Source: an uncultured archaeon (GTDB taxonomy: Archaea; Asgardarchaeota; Jordiarchaeia; Jordiarchaeales; Jordiarchaeaceae). From it: DNA of 32,000 nucleotides. The translations under genes were made by a program, and so were the position numbers. The notes under the pieces were generated by a model. It searched no databases. It was not told the origin of the DNA and saw nothing but the letters and a program-made list of their open reading frames with translations. The stretch lies in NCBI GenBank assembly GCA_964510585.1, contig CAZECW010000118.1, positions 1 through 32,000 of the forward strand, written 5' to 3'. Every line of letters starts with the position of its first letter. The first letter of the stretch is position 1. Positions 29,333 to 32,000 of this stretch are shown one piece after another.

Positions 29333-30454
29333 TTGTCGTTGGCAGATGTTTTGGACCGTGTTATTGAGAATTTGGATAGATTTGTTAATGAGGCGGATCT
29401 TGGTGATCCTTTCTTTTCGGGTTCGGGATACGTGGCGTATCCCTTTAGTGTGGAGAATTTTAGGGAGATTAAAGGTACTGGGTCTGAACGCAAAATGGCT
29501 TTTGTTGATGGGGGGAATCAGGAGATTGTGGGTGCTCCAAATTTTTCAATTCAGATTAATCGGGTTTTTTTCAACATCTTCCAGAATAAGAAGCGGGTTT
29601 TTGAAAGTGTGATGCCGAGGAGAATAGAATTTTTTTCGGTCACCTTTTCAAATTTTAGGCAGAGCGAGATATATTATGACACCTCGATTTTCCCGGTAAG
29701 TGAAGAATTTGAAAACTATCTTCCAGACACTCGGGATCTCTCATTCAGCTCCATGGATCGCAGCGTGATGCAGGGGAATCTCAGAGCGGACATAGCAACA
29801 GTTTCCTCTATAGCGAGAAGATTCGCAGAGTGGGAATTCGCCAAACACGTAATAGAGAATGAGCTAGAAGAAAAAGATGTCATTGTTATGGATGGCACCC
29901 TCCAAACCGCGTTTACCAACGAGTCTAAATACTCAAAGGCTGTCTATGAACTGGCTAAAAAGAAGGGCGTTATTGTTACCGGTTTAACTAAGACCTGCGG
30001 CCTATTCACCACTACGGGCTTATCTCTTCTTGGGGCTGCAAGAAAATTCGCAAAAAACAACAATATAATATACCCCATGTGGTACTATTATCCTGTCGCA
30101 GAAGCCTTTAGCCCAGTTCACGAGGCAGTCATACTCTTAGTAAAACTCAATCCTATGACGGAGCGAATCTTCCGATTCGAAATATATAGGGAACAGGCAA
30201 AAAAATTAAGTATAGAAGAAATAGGCGAGATAGTGGAATCTCTTTCCAACAACTCTGCAGACATCACATTTCCAGGATATCCCTACGGACTTATAGACGC
30301 AGATTCAAACGCCCGGGTCCGCTCCGACGAAATGCAAAGATACAAGTATGCCCTGCTTTCAGCAATATCTAAAAAAGGTATATGGGGGAAATTTGCGAGA
30401 CACATCCAAGCCAAAGACGCGCACGATAAGCTAAACCAACTGACCCACTGGTAA
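29333..30454 (+). CDS. nurA: NurA-domain 5'-3' nuclease
   Basis: AFVDGGN, VIVMDGTL, GLTKT, GYPYGLIDAD; GGTGAG RBS before TTG. Confidence 0.88.
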   Translation: MSLADVLDRVIENLDRFVNEADLGDPFFSGSGYVAYPFSVENFREIKGTGSERKMAFVDGGNQEIVGAPNFSIQINRVFFNIFQNKKRVFESVMPRRIEFFSVTFSNFRQSEIYYDTSIFPVSEEFENYLPDTRDLSFSSMDRSVMQGNLRADIATVSSIARRFAEWEFAKHVIENELEEKDVIVMDGTLQTAFTNESKYSKAVYELAKKKGVIVTGLTKTCGLFTTTGLSLLGAARKFAKNNNIIYPMWYYYPVAEAFSPVHEAVILLVKLNPMTERIFRFEIYREQAKKLSIEEIGEIVESLSNNSADITFPGYPYGLIDADSNARVRSDEMQRYKYALLSAISKKGIWGKFARHIQAKDAHDKLNQLTHW

Positions 30455-30538
30455 AAATAGTCCTCCCCAAAACCTGCTCAATAAGAATTACACTCACTAA
30501 ATCTCTCCACTTCCTTCCAGTTCGAACCAGAAGCAACT

Positions 30539-30664
30539 TTATGTGGTAGTTGCGGCCTTCGCTTTCGCTGCTTTTGCTGTTTTTGCCTTTGCCTTTGCCT
30601 TTGCTGGTTTTGCTTCCTTTTCTTTTGGTTTTTCTTCCTTCTTCTTTCCAAATATCCAACTCAT
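30539..30664 (-). CDS. 41-aa Lys/Ala-rich basic microprotein MSWIFGKKKEEKPKEKEAKPAKAKAKAKTAKAAKAKAATTT (not in ORF track)
   Basis: ATG 30664 to TAA 30539 read by hand; GGAGCGAGGACTGA upstream; TATA-like TTATAA/TTTATA at 30740-30720; repeated GCA AAG/AAA codons. Confidence 0.65.
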   Translation of the reverse strand: MSWIFGKKKEEKPKEKEAKPAKAKAKAKTAKAAKAKAATTT

Positions 30665-30905
30665 AATCTAATCAGTCCTCGCTCCAATTTTTTGCAAGAG
30701 GGTTTAACCCTAATTGTAGATATAAAGTCTTATAATTTTTAGCCTAATTATCCTAATAAAAGTTTTCCAAAAATGTTCCTATTTTTTGGGCTGAGAATAT
30801 GGAATTGTTATAGATGAGGAGAGTGGAGCAGAGTAAACGGGTGCTTCGCCTTTTGAATTTTTGAGCTTCTCCCTCGAATTTTTTAGAGTTTTTCTCTTTA
30901 CGTGT

Positions 30906-31040
30906 TCATTTGCCTTTTGATTTTTTTCTTTTCGGGCTGGACTTTCTTTTCTTTTTAGTTTTCCGTCTCCTCTTTTTCTTTGATCCGAATAAGTCATCTA
31001 TTTCCTTCTCAGTTTTTGGACCGATTATTCTTTTGCCCAA
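30906..31040 (-). CDS. 44-aa Lys/Arg-rich basic microprotein MGKRIIGPKTEKEIDDLFGSKKKRRRKTKKKRKSSPKRKKSKGK (not in ORF track)
   Basis: TTG 31040 to TGA 30906 read by hand; GGGTGA RBS 8 nt upstream, like other genes here; 22 of 44 residues are K/R. Confidence 0.6.
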   Translation of the reverse strand: MGKRIIGPKTEKEIDDLFGSKKKRRRKTKKKRKSSPKRKKSKGK

Positions 31041-31458
31041 AAAATTTTCACCCTAACATGTAGTAAATTGCTTAATTTATTTCTTGGCTAATAAATATTT
31101 GTGGAAAATTTAAATTTCTTCTTTGGAGATGAGAATTGTTGATTGGTATGGGGTGCTTATTATTTATCCTAAAATTTTGGGGTCTGTTGTTTTAGTTGGG
31201 AGAATGTGTGGGGTTGATTAGGGCTCTTGGCTAATTGGTTTAGAAGGAAATCTTAAAAAAACCTACATGGTCTGCATTTCAAGACAAATGAAAACGTTTT
31301 TCATGTTAAAGTGTCTTAGATGACCTATTAGAGCAAGTAGTGGTAAATGTTTGTATCCTTATAAATGGAATCGCAGACAATTTTTAGAAAATATTAAAGA
31401 CGTTGAATGTTGAGTTTCAAATTGAAGTCTTTCTATTTTCATAGTTGGTGGGTAAAAT

Positions 31459-32000
31459 ATGGATGTCGTTGGGCAAATAGTTGCGGGAGAGGTTTCCTCC
31501 ATACTTATTCGCGAAAAGAGTGGTGAGAGAATCGAGCTGGGTGACCTCTTGGTTGTTGATGATAAGGATGGCTACCTTATTTTGAAGGTCTTCAATCTCT
31601 TGTATGGCAGTCAAGTTCCCCAAGCCGCCAGAGAGCTTCTTGCAGGTATGGAGTTGGAGGGGCATGGCGGCGCAGTTGATTTTCTAGAGCCTGAATTGAG
31701 GAGCTACGTTTTAGCTGAGGTTAAGGCCATCGCAAAGGTTACGGGAAAAAACGAGTTGTATGCTCCTAAAACTTTGCCGGGATTCTTTAAAAGTGTTAGA
31801 TTAATTTCGGAGAAAAACCTTAACTTTTTGACCAAGCCACCCTGTCCCGTGTATCTGGGTAAGGTTCGCAGTGGCTCCAAGGTTTTGAATGTTGATGTTT
31901 TTTTGAACGGCTTAGACATTTTTACCCATCACGTCTTGGTTGCAGCCACTACGGGTAGGGGCAAAAGTAACTTGGTGAAGGTTATGCTGTGGAGCATTGT
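31459..32000 (+). CDS. herA: HerA-family ATPase/translocase, 5' partial
   Basis: ATG 31459 after GGTGGG. MDVVGQIVAGE...IELGDLLVV (HAS-barrel-like start), YLGKVRSG, HHVLVAATTGRGKS (Walker A); open to the window end. Confidence 0.9.
   Translation, partial: MDVVGQIVAGEVSSILIREKSGERIELGDLLVVDDKDGYLILKVFNLLYGSQVPQAARELLAGMELEGHGGAVDFLEPELRSYVLAEVKAIAKVTGKNELYAPKTLPGFFKSVRLISEKNLNFLTKPPCPVYLGKVRSGSKVLNVDVFLNGLDIFTHHVLVAATTGRGKSNLVKVMLWSI

Noticed and set aside
5021-29919. Remaining short ORF-track entries nested in or antisense to the called genes
   Set aside because: They overlap genes with clear family motifs and have no motifs of their own.
30511-30533. GGTTCGAAC T-loop-like sequence in a weak inverted repeat
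   Set aside because: No T-stem, acceptor stem or anticodon arm, so not a tRNA. At most a small hairpin between convergent genes.
30369-30659. 96-aa minus-strand ORF MDIWKEEGRK...
   Set aside because: Alternative frame of the 41-aa gene; it overlaps the nurA 3' end by 86 bp and degenerates after the repeat. The ATG frame is more coherent, though not proven.
30779-30997. 72-aa minus-strand ORF MTYSDQRKRG...
   Set aside because: Alternative frame of the 44-aa gene with a weaker RBS; basic only because the DNA is A/G-rich. Cannot be fully excluded.
31227-31256. 9-codon ORF MANWFRRKS, reminiscent of the microprotein N-terminus
   Set aside because: Too short to distinguish from chance.

Overview
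32 kb of archaeal chromosome, most likely from an Asgard archaeon. This is an inference from a longin-Rab-like GTPase fusion, a stand-alone longin-like protein, GGTGA/GGAGG ribosome-binding sites, TATA-like promoters and frequent TTG/GTG starts. Most of the window is dispersed metabolic genes: two SAM methyltransferases under an AbrB-type regulator (one frameshifted), two amidohydrolases, rubrerythrin, two MFS transporters, a TPR protein, nucleoside hydrolase, enoyl-CoA hydratase, a two-subunit CoA transferase, an acyl-CoA ligase, a radical SAM enzyme, a HAD phosphatase, a GabT-like aminotransferase, a saccharopine-dehydrogenase-like enzyme, two Fe-S proteins, a dodecin-like protein and an M20 deacylase. 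The window ends in nurA and the 5' part of herA. The most striking items are missing from the ORF track: two very basic microproteins (41 aa and 44 aa, both with an (I/L)FG(S)KKK motif) on the minus strand in the 1 kb gap between nurA and herA. Also notable are the longin-GTPase with Ser in place of the G3 catalytic Gln, six 9-bp repeats filling the abrB promoter, and a 5'-GT-rich to 3'-AC-rich gradient inside several genes. I found no CRISPR array, rRNA, tRNA or transposase. No database searches could be run, so product calls rest on motifs read from the translations.
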